Source of the DNA: Octopus sinensis
Lineage: Eukaryota
DNA: 64,000 nucleotides
Direction of reading: 5' to 3'
NCBI RefSeq assembly: GCF_006345805.1
Contig: NC_043001.1
Coordinates: forward strand, 62,062,001 to 62,126,000
Shown here: piece after piece, positions 60,580 to 64,000 of the stretch
Position numbering within the stretch: position 1 is the first letter of the stretch
How the letters are laid out: the number at the start of each line of letters is the position of its first letter
Notes under the pieces: generated by a model
Told to the model about the DNA's origin: nothing
What the model saw: the letters and a program-made list of their open reading frames with translations, nothing else
The model's database searches: none
Program-made: the position numbers and the translations under genes

Positions 60580-60880
60580 TTTCATTGTATTTTGTATTTA
60601 TATTTGTGTGACATCGTCTGTTTTTCCGTCCTTGTTTTCGTATACATTCGATGCTTTCTTCCAAGGAATCTAATGCTCTTAGCTTAGACTTTCCTTGGGG
60701 CTGGCCAGATTGGAGCAATCTCAAGATTAATCAGCCGAAATTGCGAGGATGATCCGGTTCTTGACTGAGGATAGGAAGCTTCGAATGACCCGTCCTTTTT
60801 TTATCGTCTATCTGGATGTTTTGTTGTCCCCTTTTGTATCACATAGTTGTCCGGATATTTTGCGTTCTTGTCCCATTTTG

Positions 60881-60885
<5 letters not shown>
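60110..60885 (+). mobile_element. Non-coding repeat with CT-rich 5' part, internal (TTA)n and 3' end at (AT)n; may be related to 20857-21590
   Basis: Shared aatgaccc...tttcgtct-like segment and similar layout; classification uncertain. Confidence 0.4.
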
Positions 60886-60975
<90 letters not shown>

Positions 60976-61169
60976 TAGGATACAGAATTATTTTGATGAA
61001 CTCTCGAAACAACTAACCTTTCAGAGTTCTTCTCTTCACACCGAAAAAGTTTTTCATAAAAGGAATTTAAAAGCTTACGAGTAGATAGAAAGATGTCATA
61101 GATAATCATGGAAACTATATTGACGATTAAGTTTCATCAAAATGTAAGATCTCATCACTTATTTTCCTT

Positions 61170-64000
61170 ATTTAAAATCCAGACATTGCTTATGGGATGA
61201 CCTGAAATATGTATATAGATGCCAAGAACCCTCCTAAATATTCTAGTTGTCCCTAATGTTTTCTGCAGCTATACTAAACTGGGTTTTATGCCTATTTCCT
61301 CGATCCATCTGTTCAGATTTTTAGGGATAATTTCCAATGTACCTATAACTACTGGGATACATTTTACCCACATTTTCCATAGTCTCTGTAAATCACTAGC
61401 TAGGTCCTGGTATTTTGCTATTTTTTCGATACTCTCATGTTGATTTTTTTCATCATAAGGGACTGTAAAGTCAATTATCTGGCACTTTTTATATTCTTTA
61501 TTTACTACTAACAAATCAGGCTTTCTAGCTTCTATTACTCTGTAAGTCTGAAGGTCAAAGTCCCACAACATCTTGTATTTGTTGCTTTCTAGTACTTTAC
61601 TAGGTTCATGTTCATACCATTTATCAATATGTTCAAATCCTAGCTTTCTACATAGCTCCCAGTGGATTGCTCTCCCCAGATTATCATGTCTTTTCTTGTA
61701 TTCTTTGTACCAACATGCTACACTCACTTGCTATATGCATAATAGTTTATTCTTTTGATTTGCATAATCTACATTGGGAATCTATTTGGTTTTTGTCTAT
61801 CTTGGCTTTTATCCAATTAGTCCTTAATTCTTGATCTTGTGCGACTACTAACAAGCTTTCTGTCTCCCTCTTCAGCTTTCATTTCTGCAACCATAACCAT
61901 GTCTCACTACTACTATTTGTTGCAACTATCTTTGGGAATCTGCCATGCAACGCCTTCTCCTGCAATTCAGATAATTTCTGTTCCTTTTTCTGGTTTTTAA
62001 CTTCGTTTGGCTTCTTGGTTTCCCTATGTTTCGCTGTGACTCTTGCAGCTTTTAATAAACTTTCTTCACTATTACCTGTATAGAATCTATATCTAATATA
62101 GCTAACTCCATACAGTCTTCTACGGATATTAACCCTCTTCCACCTTCCTCTCTGGGTAGGTATAATCATGTTACTACTGATCTTGGGTAGAGTCCACCAT
62201 ATATAATATTTCTTCTTAGTTCTGTATAGCTTTGCTAATTCAGTTTTTGTCCAATCTGCAAAATCTGCTGAGTATCTTAGTAATGATGCTGCCCAAGTAT
62301 TTACAGCCTTCACTAAATTCGGACCATTCAGCTCTGACTTCATTAGGTTCCGCACCCTTTTGATGTACTACTCAATTTTCGTTTTCATATCTGTAGTTAG
62401 TACTCTGTCAGATTCTAATACTCCTAGATATTTATAACTTTCTCCTCCTTTCAATGATTTTTATGTCTGGCTATCTGATAATTGGATACCTTCAGTGCTG
62501 ACTACCTGTCCCCTTTTCATGACTAATATTGCACACTTATCTATGCCAAATTCCTATATCTCTGCTGAAGATTCTTACAGTCTATATTAAGTAATTTATC
62601 TCTTTTTCATTCCAACTAAAAAGCATCAGATGATCCATGTAGAGCAAATGGTTAATTGTTTCATTACTATTTCTAAACTGACACCCTGCCTTTGCCTACC
62701 TTGATATTAAATTGAGGGGGATCAAACATAATACAAATAGTAAAGGGGACAACGAGTCCCCTTGGAAAATACCTCTTTTGATATTAACTTTCCCTATGAG
62801 TGTGTCACCTGAGTGGAGATCGACTTTCCATTTCTTCATGCTATAGCTATTTAATTCTCTTATGTTTTCTGCTATACTGAATATATTCAAACATTCACTT
62901 ATCCATGAGTGTGACACCATGTCATAGGCTTTCCTATAATCTATCCATGTTTTTGTTAGAATTTTTTTCTTTCTCGCTTTTACTTTGTCTATATATAATA
63001 GATCAAGTATTCCTCTAGCCTTTTTCCTGCAACCTTTCTGTTCTTCTGGTAGTAAATACTGGTTGTCAAAGTGCTTGTAAATGCTTTCTGAAGCATTCCT
63101 GTTGACAGTTTTCACACTAATTGTAAGCAAGTGATTGGTCTATAATTGCTAACTGTATTATTCTTACTTATATCTTTCATAATGAATATTGTCCTCCCTC
63201 TAGTCATCCAATCTGGTATTATTCCTCCATTAAGGCAATCTTGAAGTTGTTCCCTCAGCTTCCCTAAACTACTGAAGTTCTTTAGCCTGGACCGTTCTAA
63301 TTCGGTATTTTTCCTAACACTTTACTCATTAATGCACTAGTTAATCTTAGATCTGGCTGTTTCTCGTTCACTACTTCTTCCTTCACTTTCTTTAACCATA
63401 CTGCGTTTCCATTATGATTGACTGACATATCCCAAATATTACTCCATAAATTTCTAGCTTCTTCTGCATCGGATTTCTAATGTTTAGTACTTCATTCTCC
63501 ACTATTTATTTGGTTATAAAATCTCCTCTGGTCTGTTTCAAATAATCTATTCCGTTGATACTGATCTATTCTTTTCTGATATCTGGAGAGTTTGCCTGCT
63601 ACTGCTATGATACGCTGCTTCAACTCTTCTTTTACTGTCCCAAATCCTTTTTCTTTGACTAAGTATCTTTTAGCGAGGGAAGATTTGCTTCTTGTGTTTC
63701 CTAACTTGTTCAGTTTCCAGGTTTCTATTCTAATCAGATCTTCTCTTAAAGTCTTCACGTTATTTTATAGTCTTCTTTACCACATTTGCTCTTTTTTTTA
63801 TCTTTCCCTGTGAGATATTTTATCTTCTGGTGACTATTTCCCCATCCTGCATAGATCAATAAGTTGGTGTCTCCTATATTTTTAGTAACTACCCTCCTGA
63901 TAACAGAATCTGCTTTCCTAGTCATATCTAGCAGCTTCCTTCTGTTGGTGCCTCTTAATGCTGACAGTCTTTTTCTTACTTCTTTACTCATTGCTTCCTG
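61170..64000 (-). mobile_element. R4/Dong-clade LINE, long degenerate copy running off the window end
   Basis: RNRLFETDQRRFY; EEQKGCRKKARG; RGIFQGDSLSPLLFVLCL; NLVKAVNTWAASLLRYSA; KRHDNLGRAIHWELC; MLWDFDLQTYRVIEARKPDLLVV; same subfamily as 29490-31090. Confidence 0.93.

Overview
Eukaryotic, almost entirely repeat-derived DNA with no confidently supported host protein-coding gene, rRNA or CRISPR array. The SINE families, microsatellite load and LINE mix resemble an octopod cephalopod genome; this is recognition from memory and was not verified. Conventional content: RTE-clade LINEs (one family has a PHD-like finger inside the RT and (GAT)n tails), at least six R4/Dong-clade LINE remnants tied to (AAT)n tracts, five Penelope-like element (PLE) RT/GIY-YIG remnants, mariner and hAT remnants, non-autonomous Helitrons and several tRNA-derived SINE families. 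The main result is a dense set of type I hammerhead ribozyme (HHR) motifs found by reading the sequence. Five intact copies sit in a ~490-bp tandem/inverted array at 33.3-35.8 kb. About five other intact or near-intact motifs and about six decayed ones lie in unrelated 350-700 bp non-coding units, and some of these units carry tRNA-like Pol III heads. Many share one architecture: a head-to-head inverted duplication whose two 3' ends both abut (AT)n-type microsatellites, also seen in a coding PLE remnant at 40.2-42.3 kb. This points to a diverse family of PLE-mobilised, ribozyme-processed non-coding retroelements (retrozyme-like). Ribozyme activity, circRNA production and novelty are inferences that need testing. 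Element boundaries are approximate unless stated otherwise.
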